Source: Terriglobia bacterium (GTDB taxonomy: Bacteria > Acidobacteriota > Terriglobia > Acidiferrales > UBA7541). Taken from it: a DNA stretch of 64,000 nucleotides. The position numbers and the translations under genes were made by a program. The stretch lies in the NCBI GenBank assembly GCA_963695545.1, contig OY968796.1, forward strand, positions 2,816,001-2,880,000, read 5' to 3'. Positions 9,164-19,681 of this stretch are shown in pieces. The notes beneath the pieces were generated by a model. The model was not told where the DNA came from. It was given only the letters and a program-made list of their open reading frames with translations, and did not search any database. The stretch's first letter is position 1. Each line of letters begins with the position of its first letter.

Positions 9164-9643
9164 TTAGCTGATCGGGGTGCTAGCAAACGTCGCTGCGGTG
9201 TTGGGGTCGGCGCGGATCACACCTGTCTGATCGGTGAAGAAGTAGCGCAGCCCGGTCACACCTGGGTTGATCGGAGCCGCGTTGATGATGTAGTTGTCGA
9301 TGTTGCCCGCGCTATCGACCGCACCGGACGAGAACGAGAACGTGTACCCGGTCTTCGTACCGGTCTGCAGAACGTTGTCAATCAATTCCGCGGAAGTCGA
9401 AGTCGGAAGCGCGGTCGTGCCTTCTCCACCCAGCGCATTCAGGGACGAAGGGAATCCGCCGTAGGTCACCGAATACGTGATGGCAGACGTGTTCAGAGTA
9501 CGAAGTGAACCGACGGCCGAAGCTTCGTTGGCGGCCATCTTTGAACGCAGCAAGTTCGGTATGGCAATCGCTGCGATAATTAAGATAATCGCAACGACGA
9601 TCAAAAGCTCGATTAACGAAAAACCTTTTTGCTTATTCCGCAT
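9164..9643 (-). CDS. Type IV pilin (PilA-like), copy 2
   Basis: Same prepilin motif as copy 1. 159 aa with 28 differences from copy 1 by manual alignment. ATG start with an AAGGAG RBS. Confidence 0.92.
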   Translation of the reverse strand: MRNKQKGFSLIELLIVVAIILIIAAIAIPNLLRSKMAANEASAVGSLRTLNTSAITYSVTYGGFPSSLNALGGEGTTALPTSTSAELIDNVLQTGTKTGYTFSFSSGAVDSAGNIDNYIINAAPINPGVTGLRYFFTDQTGVIRADPNTAATFASTPIS

Positions 9644-9727
9644 GAAGTCTCCTTAAAATCGTCGAAAGAATGGTCGGAAGGTGTGTGTATGTTCGGGACC
9701 ACAGACGCTTCTTCTGCCGCTTTATGT

Positions 9728-9743
9728 TGCAGGCCGCCCGCCA
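9728..9743 (-). promoter_or_regulatory. Sigma54-type promoter of pilin 2
   Basis: Minus strand reads TGGCGG-GCGGC-CTGCA, keeping GG-N10-GC. Its position parallels that of the pilin 1 promoter. Confidence 0.65.
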
Positions 9744-9868
9744 TCCGGAGTGGTACAGGTAACCGAACTGGTACATTCGGCCCAACTATCGATTAATCAG
9801 TGTCATAACGGGACAGTGGGACCGAAGCGACCGCCAAGCCGCAAGGAAAACACTCCCTAATCTACGCT

Positions 9869-9910
9869 ATTCGGCCACTAATTGTCGTTACTTCACGACA
9901 CAAATTGGCA
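9869..9910 (-). promoter_or_regulatory. Putative upstream activator site of pilin 2 (TGTCG-N8-CGACA)
   Basis: Minus strand reads TGCCAATTTGTGTCGTGAAGTAACGACA..GGCCGAAT, matching 5884-5925. Confidence 0.6.
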
Positions 9911-9937
9911 GTAACTCGACGGGCAGCAAAAATGAGA

Positions 9938-9962
9938 ACGGGCGGATTGTTCATCCGCCCGT
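9938..9962 (-). terminator. Terminator-like hairpin after the coiled-coil gene
   Basis: ACGGGCGGAT/ATCCGCCCGT stem followed on the minus strand by TCTCATTTTT. Confidence 0.55.
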
Positions 9963-10063
9963 CTGCTGCCTCGTCCGGACCGGCCGAGGTTCCCCGCGGG
10001 CCGATCCAAGTTGTTGTGAAACCCTTCGTGCGTCGGGCGTCTTGCCTCGACCGGAGCCAGCGA

Positions 10064-10927
10064 CTAGTCGCTGCTGGCCGAAGCCGAGACCGCCGCCTTC
10101 GGTGGCTTGGGCACACTGATGTAGCCGGTGATGGTGTCCTTGCCGACAGAGTTCACCACAAATTCGCACGGTGTGCGCACGCCGCCCTCATGGAAGAAGA
10201 TCGGGTCGTTCGCCGCGCGGTTCTTGCGGTCGATATGCACGTCATCCACGAGCAGGTCGACGGTGAATTGTTTCTTGTTTGGGTTGGTGCTGCGCAGGGT
10301 GACCTGAAGATTGCCGACAGTCTGCGCCTTGTTACGCGAGGTGATGGTGAATTCCGTGTAATCCCGTTCACCCATGCGCTGCAATTCCGCGATCTGTTCG
10401 CCGTTGGTGGCAATCAGCGTTCCCATCTGGCTTTTGGCCATTTGCAGATCGGTGCGCGTGGAGTCGAGATCGGTGCGCACGCCGGTCACGCGCGTGTCCA
10501 CGGCTTTGACGTCATCGGAGCTCGCCTTGGTGGCAAGCTGGGTGGTCACGGTGGAGTTCACGTCGTCGATTTTCTGCTCGCTGGCCTGGAGATCGTCAGC
10601 TTCCTGCTTGCGCGCCTTGGCCAGCTGGCCCTGCGTCAAATTGAGTTTCTTGGTGACCGTGTTCAGGTCGCTCTGCAGCTGGGTATCGGTCGCATCGACC
10701 GTGGCCTCATGCTGCTGGACCGTTGCGATCTGGCTCGTGTAGTCCGCCTTCGCGCTCTTCAACTCGTTCTCGAGCGTCGCCTGGTACTGATCAGCACGCG
10801 AGGAAGCCATCCAGCCTACGCCGATTCCGGCCAAGCCCGCGATGATTCCCAAAATTACCGCCGGAATAACCCAGCCCGGAGTGCTCTTCTGCTCTACGAC
10901 CGTCGTGTACTCGTGCTCGTCTGCCAT
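10064..10927 (-). CDS. Membrane-anchored coiled-coil protein of unknown function
   Basis: One N-terminal TM helix, a long heptad-rich region and a beta-rich C-terminal domain. GGGGGA RBS. Confidence 0.75.
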   Translation of the reverse strand: MADEHEYTTVVEQKSTPGWVIPAVILGIIAGLAGIGVGWMASSRADQYQATLENELKSAKADYTSQIATVQQHEATVDATDTQLQSDLNTVTKKLNLTQGQLAKARKQEADDLQASEQKIDDVNSTVTTQLATKASSDDVKAVDTRVTGVRTDLDSTRTDLQMAKSQMGTLIATNGEQIAELQRMGERDYTEFTITSRNKAQTVGNLQVTLRSTNPNKKQFTVDLLVDDVHIDRKNRAANDPIFFHEGGVRTPCEFVVNSVGKDTITGYISVPKPPKAAVSASASSD

Positions 10928-10970
10928 GTTTATTCCCCCCGAAGGTGTGATGAAACCTCAGTGGTGTCAT

Positions 10971-10986
10971 AGCAAGGCGAGCGCCA
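10971..10986 (-). promoter_or_regulatory. Sigma54 promoter of the coiled-coil gene
   Basis: Minus strand reads TGGCGC-TCGCC-TTGCT, 44 bp before the ATG. Confidence 0.7.
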
Positions 10987-11191
10987 ACTCCCGGACGCTG
11001 CGGCGAGATCGACAACTTACTGACGAGACTGTACTTCCCGAAGCGCCGCAATGAGCGGCGTCGGGCGATGCTAGTACTAGTCCGTGCAATCTTTACCGTA
11101 TACCGTGCGATGTGGCACGCTGTGCGCGGCAATTTTGCCGCGCACGGCGTGCGTTGAAGTTGCTTGAGTGAACTGTCCGGAGCTGCTAGCG

Positions 11192-14100
11192 TCAGCGGCC
11201 CGGGCCCGGTGGATACGCCGGGAGGTCCGGCGGACGCGGAGGCAGTTGCTGCCGCTTCGGGTTGGCCTGAATGGCCTGGGTGACAACCTCAATGGCCTTT
11301 TCAAGCTGCGGATCGTGCCCGGCCATCACCTGGTCCGGCAGATTGTCGATGACAATGTCGGGCTCGACGCCGTGATTTTCGACCACCCACTGGCCATCGA
11401 GGTCATAGAGCGAGAATTCGGGCCGGGTGACGTATCCGCCGTCCAGCAGCGGGATCAACCCGCGAATTCCGCGGACGCCGCCCCAGGTGCGCATGCCGAT
11501 CAGCGGCCCGAGCTTGTCCTGCTTGAAGAGATAGCTGAAAAAATCGCCGTCGGACGCGGCGTACTCATTCGTCACGCAGGCCATCGGCCCATTGAAGGTG
11601 ACGTACGGAATCGTGCTGGAGGGCCAGTTGCGCGCCGATGACATGGCCACCAGCATTCGCTGGAGCCTGAGAAGAATCATATCCGCCACGAAGCCGCCGC
11701 CATTGAAGCGCACGTCAATGATCAGTCCTTGCTTACGGATCTGCGGAAAGAACTGGCGCACAAATTCGTTCAGGCCGTCATCTTCCATGTTGGGGAGGTA
11801 GATGTAGCCGATCTTGCCATCCGAAGCGGCATCTACCTTGCGGCGGTTGGTTTCGATCCAATCGAGTTCGCGCAAATGGTATTCGCTGGCGATGGTGCGC
11901 ACGACGACGTTGCGCGAGCCGGCGTCGGTGGGTGTGGAATTTACGGTGAGCGTGACGTTCTGCCCCGCCGTATTCACGAACAGCTCGTACGGATTCTGCG
12001 GAACGCGCAGAGCATGACCGTTCACGGCCAGAAGATAGCTGCCTTCCGGCACATTGATGCCCGGTTCGGTGAGCGGCGAAATGCGTTGCGCGTCCCAATT
12101 TTCGCCCGCATAGATTTTCTTGATGCGATACATTTCGTGCGCGGCGTCGGCTTCAAAATCGACGCCCAGCAGTCCGACGTTCACCGGATGCAAATCCGGA
12201 GAATCGCCGCCGCCGGCATAAGTGTGCGAATTGCTCAGCTCGCCGATCATGTCGCCGATCAGCAGCGTCAAGTCATAGCGATCGGCTACGTAGGGAAGCA
12301 GCGCTTCGTACTTCTTGCGTACCGCTTCCCAATCCACGCCGTTCATCGAAGGCTCGAAGAAATAATCGCGTTCCTGGCGATAAACTTCGTCGAACATCTG
12401 CCGCCATTCGGCCCGGGGATCGATGTCCGCGCGGAGATTCGAGAGGTCCAGTGCGTCCTCGCCCGGATGATGCGCTGCTCCGGCGAATGCCGTGTCCACG
12501 ATGCCGTAGGTGCCGGCGCCGCCTTCGCCGGGCGGCCCGGCGTAAAGCAATTTTTTGCCATCGGTCGAGACGGCGAAGGCTGTGGCGCCGGCGACGAAGA
12601 CATGGTCCTCGCGCGCCGTCATGTCGAAGATGTGAATCGCGGGCTCTTCACCGGGGAGCGGGCCGGATAGGCCCTGGACCGGCTGCGTGGCGTAAAACAT
12701 ATAGCCCTTGGAGGCGCCCACCTGAGAGATCACCGAAGGCGCCATTGGAAACACCACGATGCGATTCGAAATGCCGTCGAGGTCGATTCGGAATTCGCTC
12801 TTCGCCGCCGCTGCGGGCGCGGGCGTTGCGGAGGCGGCGGGGGCCGGCGTTTGATTGCCTTTCACCGGTTTCTGCGCTTTTCCTTTCGCAGCTTTCGCTT
12901 TCTCTTGCGCGGCGGCGGGGTTTGTGGCTGGCTGAGTCAGAGTATCGGGCGCGGCGGGCGCCGGAGCCGCCGCCGCCGCCGCCGATGTTTCTTCCTTGGT
13001 GCTGACTTCGTCGCTGCGCGTGGCGAACGGCGAAGGCAGATCGTTGCGCAGCGTGATGGCGTAAATGCGCGAGGCCTTGGGATTCGAGAATTCCTCGTCG
13101 TAGACGCCCATCACTTCGTTGTAATCGCGCTGCGATATCACATAGAGATATTTTCCGTCGGGATCGAAGGCCGGATTGGATGTGTTCACGAATTCGTCGC
13201 CGACTTGCGTGACCGTTTTCGTGTCCAGCGAATAGAGCTGCAGGGCATTGTTGTTATTTGCGAATTGCTTCGAGTACGCGATCCACTTGCTGTCGGGCGA
13301 CCAGGTGTAATCCTGAATTTCCGCATACACCGCGGTGTCCGCGAGCATCGGCTTCTTGTCTTTCACATCCACGTACCACAGCCGCAACTTCTGATCGGCG
13401 TAGGCGAGTTTCTTGCTGTCGGGCGACCACACCGGCGGGAATAGGAAGCCTTTGCTGCCCGTGGTGATGCGCTGCGCGGGTCCCAAACCGTCCTGCGGCA
13501 CGACGTACAGTTCTTCCTCGCCGCTGGCGTCGGAAATGTACGCGATCCATTTGCCGTCGGGCGACCAGGCCACGCCGTGCTCGCGCGTGCCCGGTGAAGC
13601 GGCGAGGTTGCGGATGCTGCCGTGCTTGGCCGGCACGGTATAGACCTCGCCGCGCGCCGCGAATGCCGCGCGGCTTCCGTCCGGCGCGATGGCGAAATCG
13701 GTGATCAGCTTGGCGACGTTGTCCCAGTGCGTGCGCGCCAGCGGCAGATCGCCCGGCAGATAGACGGTCAGCTTGCGCGATTGTTCCGTGGCCGTGTCGA
13801 ACAAATACAAATAGCCCGCGTTTTCAAACGCGATGGTATCGCCGCCAAGGCTCGGCCAATCCACGTCGAAGTCCGTGAAGTGCGTGAGTTGCCGCGTTTG
13901 CTTCGATGTAAGGTCGTACGCAAAAAGATTCATGCGATGATCGGCGCCGCGATCGGAGCCGAAATAAATCGTGTTGCCGTGCCACATCGGATAGGTGTTG
14001 GTGCCGTCGTAGTCGGTGATTTTCTCCACGTGATTTGCGGGGAAATTGTAAATCCAAATCGATTGCGCCATTCCGCCGGTGTAGCGCTTCCAGGTGCGGA

Positions 14101-14671
14101 AATTTCGGAAGATGCGGTTGTAGGCGATGCTTTTTCCGTCGGGCGAAAAAGAAGTCAGGCCGCCCTTATCCACCGGCAATTGCACGGGCAAGCCGCCGGT
14201 AACGGGCACGGTGAACAATCGGCCGAACCAATCGTTAAACGTGTTCCGGCGCGAGAGAAATACGATGTTCTGGCTGTCGGGGGTCCAGGTGATCACTTCG
14301 TTGTTCGGCCCCATGCGTTCGGGCATCGGCTGAATATCTGGCAGGAAAGTCAGTTGGCGCGGCTCGCCGCCCGTCGCCGGCATCACGTAGACGTTGAAAT
14401 TGCCGTCGTACTGCGCGGTGAAGGCGATCCATTTTCCGTCGGGCGAGAATTTCGGAAATATTTCGAGGCCCGGACTGCTGGTAATCCGTTCGGCCACGCC
14501 TCCGTCGGTCGAGACCAGCCACAGATCGCCCGCGTAACTGAACACCACTTTGTCGCCGTGCACATCGGGGAAGCGCATCAGGCGCCCCTCGGGCATGGTT
14601 TGAGCCATCGCCGCGGATGACGCGAACAGCAGCACGCACAGGAATACAAGCAGAGCACGGTAGTGTTTCAT
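11192..14671 (-). CDS. Tricorn protease (peptidase S41), exported
   Basis: Signal peptide MKHYRALL.., WSPD propeller repeats, WKRYTGG, GELSNSH, PDZ domain, IDVRFNGGG, catalytic ASDGD and RTWGG. Confidence 0.95.
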   Translation of the reverse strand: MKHYRALLVFLCVLLFASSAAMAQTMPEGRLMRFPDVHGDKVVFSYAGDLWLVSTDGGVAERITSSPGLEIFPKFSPDGKWIAFTAQYDGNFNVYVMPATGGEPRQLTFLPDIQPMPERMGPNNEVITWTPDSQNIVFLSRRNTFNDWFGRLFTVPVTGGLPVQLPVDKGGLTSFSPDGKSIAYNRIFRNFRTWKRYTGGMAQSIWIYNFPANHVEKITDYDGTNTYPMWHGNTIYFGSDRGADHRMNLFAYDLTSKQTRQLTHFTDFDVDWPSLGGDTIAFENAGYLYLFDTATEQSRKLTVYLPGDLPLARTHWDNVAKLITDFAIAPDGSRAAFAARGEVYTVPAKHGSIRNLAASPGTREHGVAWSPDGKWIAYISDASGEEELYVVPQDGLGPAQRITTGSKGFLFPPVWSPDSKKLAYADQKLRLWYVDVKDKKPMLADTAVYAEIQDYTWSPDSKWIAYSKQFANNNNALQLYSLDTKTVTQVGDEFVNTSNPAFDPDGKYLYVISQRDYNEVMGVYDEEFSNPKASRIYAITLRNDLPSPFATRSDEVSTKEETSAAAAAAPAPAAPDTLTQPATNPAAAQEKAKAAKGKAQKPVKGNQTPAPAASATPAPAAAAKSEFRIDLDGISNRIVVFPMAPSVISQVGASKGYMFYATQPVQGLSGPLPGEEPAIHIFDMTAREDHVFVAGATAFAVSTDGKKLLYAGPPGEGGAGTYGIVDTAFAGAAHHPGEDALDLSNLRADIDPRAEWRQMFDEVYRQERDYFFEPSMNGVDWEAVRKKYEALLPYVADRYDLTLLIGDMIGELSNSHTYAGGGDSPDLHPVNVGLLGVDFEADAAHEMYRIKKIYAGENWDAQRISPLTEPGINVPEGSYLLAVNGHALRVPQNPYELFVNTAGQNVTLTVNSTPTDAGSRNVVVRTIASEYHLRELDWIETNRRKVDAASDGKIGYIYLPNMEDDGLNEFVRQFFPQIRKQGLIIDVRFNGGGFVADMILLRLQRMLVAMSSARNWPSSTIPYVTFNGPMACVTNEYAASDGDFFSYLFKQDKLGPLIGMRTWGGVRGIRGLIPLLDGGYVTRPEFSLYDLDGQWVVENHGVEPDIVIDNLPDQVMAGHDPQLEKAIEVVTQAIQANPKRQQLPPRPPDLPAYPPGPGR

Positions 14672-14883
14672 TAAGTTTGCACCCCTACCCGATTCAAATT
14701 GAGGCCACTCGCAGCGGAATATGATAGCGCAACCGCCCGCGCCGCGCGAATAGCGGCTGCGGCTCAAATGCCCAGCCCCCGCTTGGGTAGAAGCGATCGG
14801 CAACGCCGTGGCGCGCGCGACGCGAAGACCTCCGGCGCGAGCGTGCGGCGGCAATTCACTTCGTGCGATTTAGTTGGCGAGAA

Positions 14884-17550
14884 TCACTTAACGGGAATCA
14901 GAGGAGGCTCGGCAAGAATCTTGGTTCCGAGATCGTGATCTTTGTCTTTGTTGTAGGCATTCGCCGCGTGCAATTGATCTTCTATGAGCTTGAAAAGCTC
15001 CGAGGTGCGGATGGGTTTGGAAAGGTAGGCGTCCATTCCGGCTGCAAGGCATCGCTCTTGATCTCCTTTGAGCGCGTGGGCGGTCATCGCGATGATCGGA
15101 GTGTGGGCGCCCGTGGATTTTTCCTTGTTGCGGATCGCGGCGGTAGCCTGCAAGCCGTCCATTTCCGGCATCTGCACGTCCATGAGGATCGCGTCAAACG
15201 GTCCTTTTTCGAGTGCCTCGAGCGCGGCCCGTCCGTCGCCGACAACCGTCACATCGAATCCGCGCTTTTCAAGCAATCGCAGCGCTAGCTTTTGGTTCAC
15301 CAGATTGTCTTCGGCCAATAGGATTCGATTGCGATGACGCTCCTCGCGCAAGGTGTGTTTCGTCACCAATCGATCGGGATTTTTTTGCGGCGCGTCTTGC
15401 AGCACAGCGCAGATCGCGTTCAATAATTCGCCCTGGCGAATCGGCTTCACCAGGTAAGCCGAAATGCCCAGTTCGCGGCAGCGCGCCGCGTCTCCGATTT
15501 GACCAGCCGATGTCAGCATCATGATCGTGGCGCCGGCGAGCGACGGATCTTGCCGGATCATTTCCGCCACCATGAACCCGTCCATGCCCGGCATCTGCCC
15601 GTCCAGCAGAACCAGCGGAAACGGTTGGCCTTGGCTCTTGGCGATCTGAAGCGAGCGCAGTCCCGTCTGGCCTCCTTCGCTTATGCTGGGCCGCATGCCC
15701 CAGCGCGCCAGCATACCCTCGAGCACTCGCCGATTCGCGTAATTGTCGTCCACAATCAGAGCGCGCACGTTGTACAGGCACGCGGGCTCAGGGGGCGCGG
15801 GTCGCGTCGTGGGCGAATCCGGCAGCGCGAGCTGCAATGTGAAGTGGAAAGTGCTTCCTTCGCCCGGCTGGCTTTCAACCCAGATGCGTCCGCGCATCAT
15901 GTCCACGAGTCTCTTGCAAATCGTCAGCCCGAGGCCTGTGCCGCCGTATTTTCGAGCCATCGAGCCGTCCGCTTGGGAGAACGGCTCGAAGATCGTGGCT
16001 TGTTTTTCGGCTGGCACGCCGATGCCTGTATCGCGCACGGAAAAGTGCAGGGTGGTCCGTCCGGCCTGTGCCTCCTGCGCTTGCTCTTCGACACTCACCA
16101 CGATCTCGCCTGCTTGGGTGAACTTGATGGCGTTGTTCACCAGGTTGACCAGGATTTGGCGAATTCGGCCCGGGTCGCCCAGCAGTGTTTCGGCAACCTC
16201 CGGCTGAACCTCGTAGACCAATTCGAGGTCCTTCTGATGCGCGCGGAAGCCCATGGCCTGCATGGTTTCTCCAAGGCTCTCGCGCAGATCGAAGGTGATG
16301 GATTCGAGATCGAGTTTGCCGGCCTCGATTTTCGAGAAATCCAGAATGTCGTTGATGATGGAGAGAAGCGATTCCGCCGATTGACGAACCAGCTCCAGAT
16401 GCTCGCGCTGCTCCGCAGTAAGCTCGGTATCGAGCGCAAGCTCGGTCATTCCGAGTATGCCGTTCATCGGCGTGCGGATTTCATGGCTCATGGTGGCCAG
16501 GAATTCGCTCTTGGCGCGATTGGCGTTCTCCGCCTCGCCTCGCGCGGCCTCGGCGTCGCTCCGGGAACTTTCCGCGTCCAGGCGAGCGGCTTCCGCATTC
16601 CGTTTTGCGGCGCGCGCGTGGCGGATCAGCCAGCCGAATTGGAGCAGGACGAACGCCAGGATCACGGCTCCGGCGGCCAGCAGGCTCTCGCTGCGCTGCG
16701 CGGCCAGCAAATAAAACAGGCCGCGGGTTTGGGGCAGGCTATTGTCCAGCCATTCGAATTCGATGTTGGCCAGGGTGCCGTCCTTGGCCATTGCGCTCAG
16801 CGCATCCCGAAGAACGTTTGCAGCTTCCACGGCGTTCGGCCGGCGATAGCTCGCGCCAATGCCATACATCACGGAAAAACCGGGAGCGTCGACCATCCGC
16901 AGCGGAACGTTCTGGCATTCCTCTGGCAAAGCGATGCGGTCGAAGTTCTGCGAGATTACGGCGGCTTGCGCCTGGCCCGTGCAGACGGCGATCAATTGGC
17001 CCAGCGTGTTCCCGACGTTCACGAATTTCGCGTTCGGGAAGTTTCGCTTTCCGAGCTTGTTCTCGACGCTGCCGGGAAAGTCGGCCAGCGTTAGGTTCGA
17101 AGACCGAGTGAAGCCCACAATCGGATTGGCTTCTCGAGATACCAGTCCGTACGCGCGCAAAGTCCAGGGAGCGGAGACGTACACGCGCCCTCTGCGCTCC
17201 GGCAGGGCCCCGATGATCGGCCACAGATCGACTTGACCCGATTCAAGCGCCGCATCTGCGTCCTCCGGCGAATAAACCCATTCAAGTTTGATGCCGCTTC
17301 GCCGCGCGGCTTCGTTCAACAAATCGACCGTATTGCCGGAAGCTTTTCCATCGGCACTCAGAAAGTGTTCGTTCCGGGCGTTCAGGAAGCCGATTCGGAA
17401 CGGCGTTTGGCGCAGACGCGTGTATCGCAAATGGAGAATTCCGACGACGCCAAAGCTCGCCAGCACTCCCACGAAGAGCAGCACGGCGATTGCCCATCTT
17501 CGACGCGCGTTCACGTTGCTCGACATAATCCTCGAAGTAAGTTCCGGCAC
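14884..17550 (-). CDS. Hybrid sensor histidine kinase with periplasmic-binding-protein sensor and two receiver domains
   Basis: H-box [11 protein letters not shown]-box [10 protein letters not shown]-boxes, REC1 LLDGQMP and REC2 LMDVQMP. The N-terminal PBP-like domain lies between two TM helices. Confidence 0.95.
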   Translation of the reverse strand: MPELTSRIMSSNVNARRRWAIAVLLFVGVLASFGVVGILHLRYTRLRQTPFRIGFLNARNEHFLSADGKASGNTVDLLNEAARRSGIKLEWVYSPEDADAALESGQVDLWPIIGALPERRGRVYVSAPWTLRAYGLVSREANPIVGFTRSSNLTLADFPGSVENKLGKRNFPNAKFVNVGNTLGQLIAVCTGQAQAAVISQNFDRIALPEECQNVPLRMVDAPGFSVMYGIGASYRRPNAVEAANVLRDALSAMAKDGTLANIEFEWLDNSLPQTRGLFYLLAAQRSESLLAAGAVILAFVLLQFGWLIRHARAAKRNAEAARLDAESSRSDAEAARGEAENANRAKSEFLATMSHEIRTPMNGILGMTELALDTELTAEQREHLELVRQSAESLLSIINDILDFSKIEAGKLDLESITFDLRESLGETMQAMGFRAHQKDLELVYEVQPEVAETLLGDPGRIRQILVNLVNNAIKFTQAGEIVVSVEEQAQEAQAGRTTLHFSVRDTGIGVPAEKQATIFEPFSQADGSMARKYGGTGLGLTICKRLVDMMRGRIWVESQPGEGSTFHFTLQLALPDSPTTRPAPPEPACLYNVRALIVDDNYANRRVLEGMLARWGMRPSISEGGQTGLRSLQIAKSQGQPFPLVLLDGQMPGMDGFMVAEMIRQDPSLAGATIMMLTSAGQIGDAARCRELGISAYLVKPIRQGELLNAICAVLQDAPQKNPDRLVTKHTLREERHRNRILLAEDNLVNQKLALRLLEKRGFDVTVVGDGRAALEALEKGPFDAILMDVQMPEMDGLQATAAIRNKEKSTGAHTPIIAMTAHALKGDQERCLAAGMDAYLSKPIRTSELFKLIEDQLHAANAYNKDKDHDLGTKILAEPPLIPVK

Positions 17551-17842
17551 GATTCAGAAATCTCCGCCGCTCTCAGTTCCTTATCTGGATTACAGATCTT
17601 GTCTACTGCTGGCGCTGGCGATTGCGGGAATTAAGGCAGCACGGCGACGCCCATACGCCGCTGGCGGCACGCCTGATAACTTGTCTGGAATCAGATTTTA
17701 ATGGTACACCGTGGAGCGCGGTGGTCGGTTCTTTTTCCTACCAGTGTTCCGCCTGGGTACCTTGGCGCCGTATCGGTACATCCGCATCGGAAAGAGTTTT
17801 GAATTCTGCGAGCTGCGAAAGGCGCCGCAGCGCGACCCAAGG

Positions 17843-18499
17843 CTAGCCGCCGAGCAATGCATACCGGCGCAGCTCGCTCCTCAAAGTCGCGAGGCCCGTA
17901 AATCTCACTCCCAACATTCCGATCTCTCTGGCGGCCTGAACGTTCTCCTCGATGTCATCGACGTATAACGTTTCGCCCGCGGCCACGCCGATCTCCTGTA
18001 GCGCGCGGAGATAAATCCCTGGCGCCGGTTTGCATATGCCGACTCGGCAGGAATAAACCCGCACTGGAAAATAGCGCATGAAAGAAAGATTCTTTTCCAT
18101 GTACGCTACGTGGAGCGGATCGGTGTTTGAGATCAACCCCAGCCGCGCGCGCGCTCGAAGCTCGCGGAAAAGTCCGTCGCCGATGATCGGATCGGGCTCC
18201 AGCACTCGGCACCACGCTTCCGAGAACGCCTCGAAATCGATCGGCGAATCCAGTTTTCGCGCCAAGTGCCGGTGCCATTCGCGCGGCTCAATCTTGCCCG
18301 TTTCCCAATCGTTCCACAGAGGATCAACTTGAATCGCTGTCCAGATCTGCTCCGCGGAGAACCCCGTGCCATGTTGCAGGGCAGCCAGCGCGCGCGACAC
18401 ATTCACGCGCACGATCACGCCGCCAATATCGAATATCACGGCGCGCGGCGGCGCGGCGGACGGCGACTCGCCCGCTCTCATCGCGTTTCCAACGATCAT
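17843..18499 (-). CDS. HAD family phosphatase (YihX-like)
   Basis: FDIGGVI, LISNT, KPAPGIY and YVDDIEENV motifs. Confidence 0.88.
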   Translation of the reverse strand: MIVGNAMRAGESPSAAPPRAVIFDIGGVIVRVNVSRALAALQHGTGFSAEQIWTAIQVDPLWNDWETGKIEPREWHRHLARKLDSPIDFEAFSEAWCRVLEPDPIIGDGLFRELRARARLGLISNTDPLHVAYMEKNLSFMRYFPVRVYSCRVGICKPAPGIYLRALQEIGVAAGETLYVDDIEENVQAAREIGMLGVRFTGLATLRSELRRYALLGG

Positions 18500-19188
18500 G
18501 GCTGTTCTTGTTCGGCCTTACGCGAAGCGAGCGGAGCTTCCGATGGCTTGCCATAACGCGCGCGCAGCAAGCCGATAATCGCCGGCAGCAGCGAGAGAAA
18601 CACCACCACGGCGATCACGTAGTGAATCTTTTGGCTGATGTTCGGGATCACCGATCCCAGAAAATACCCGCCGAAAATCATGCTGCCCACCCAGACGATG
18701 CCACCCACGATGTCGTAACTCAAATAGTGCCTGTAATCCATGCGCGCCGCGCCGGCCACCGGCGGGCAGAATGTGCGCACGATGGGCACAAAGCGCGCCA
18801 GGATAATGGTCTTGCCGCCATTGGCTTCGTAAAACTGATGCGCGCGCTCGAGATGTTTTCTGCGGAACAACAGAGAATCGCGGCGGCTGTAAAGCGCCTG
18901 GCCCGCGCGCCGTCCAATCCAGTAGCCGAGCTGATCGCCTGCGATCGCGCACAGCGTCACAAGTGCCGCGAGCTTCATCACCGGCAAGCGCCCTGCGCCC
19001 GCAAGCACCCCAGCCGTCACCAGCAGGGAATCGCCCGGCAGAAAAAAACCGGCGAACAGTCCCGTTTCCGCGAACACGATCGCGCAGACCAGCAGCGTGC
19101 CGCCCCATTCGATCAGGCCCTTCACGTTGTACAGCGTGTCGAAAAGATGCTTGAGCGTCGTAAGCATGTGCGGAATTCGGCTGGCCAT
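18496..19188 (-). CDS. DedA (VTT/SNARE-associated) family membrane protein
   Basis: AETGLFAGFFLPGDSLL, GKTIILARFVPIVRTF and AGAARM motifs. Confidence 0.93.
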   Translation of the reverse strand: MASRIPHMLTTLKHLFDTLYNVKGLIEWGGTLLVCAIVFAETGLFAGFFLPGDSLLVTAGVLAGAGRLPVMKLAALVTLCAIAGDQLGYWIGRRAGQALYSRRDSLLFRRKHLERAHQFYEANGGKTIILARFVPIVRTFCPPVAGAARMDYRHYLSYDIVGGIVWVGSMIFGGYFLGSVIPNISQKIHYVIAVVVFLSLLPAIIGLLRARYGKPSEAPLASRKAEQEQP

Positions 19189-19465
19189 AACGTTATCAGA
19201 AAATCTAGCTTTTCTCGCGCGTCGCTTTTGCGCCGCCTACCGATCCGTCATCGCCGTCTTCCGCCATCTTCGTGGTGCGCGCGCAGATTCATTTGAACCG
19301 CGCATCGCGCTGCGCGCGACCGCGCGCCCTGTTTGTGCTGCAACGGGCAACAGTACTTTCGGTTCATGACTGTGTGAGCACCGTACTATTGCCCCCTCTG
19401 TTTTTCGCCGCGAGAATCGAAATTGTTCGGCGAGATTTCCATCGTCGACTGAGGGTACCAACGCC

Positions 19466-19681
19466 ATGAAGAGCGTCTACGCCGCCTGGATCGGGCAACC
19501 GGTGGTCATGCAGCTTGCTTCCGACGAACTCCGCGTGCCGCTGCGCGGAACTGTGGTCGGCGAAACCGACGCCATCGTACGTTTCCGGCTCGGCGACGGC
19601 CTCGACATCGACATTTACAAGAAGATGATTTTGGCCATTGAGGAGGACACCTTCGCGGGTCTCCTCATGAGCAAGGATTGA
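19466..19681 (+). CDS. Small Sm/Hfq-like fold protein (putative)
   Basis: Short helix followed by five beta strands. LRGTVVG and IYKKMILAI resemble the Sm1 and Sm2 motifs. GAGG RBS. Confidence 0.55.
   Translation: MKSVYAAWIGQPVVMQLASDELRVPLRGTVVGETDAIVRFRLGDGLDIDIYKKMILAIEEDTFAGLLMSKD

Noticed and set aside
6155..9643. Site-specific shufflon
   Set aside because: There is no recombinase nearby and no short perfect crossover sites; only homologous-recombination scenarios were kept.
11113..11128. Sigma54-like TGGCAC element on the plus strand
   Set aside because: The -12 element is weak and no plus-strand gene lies downstream.
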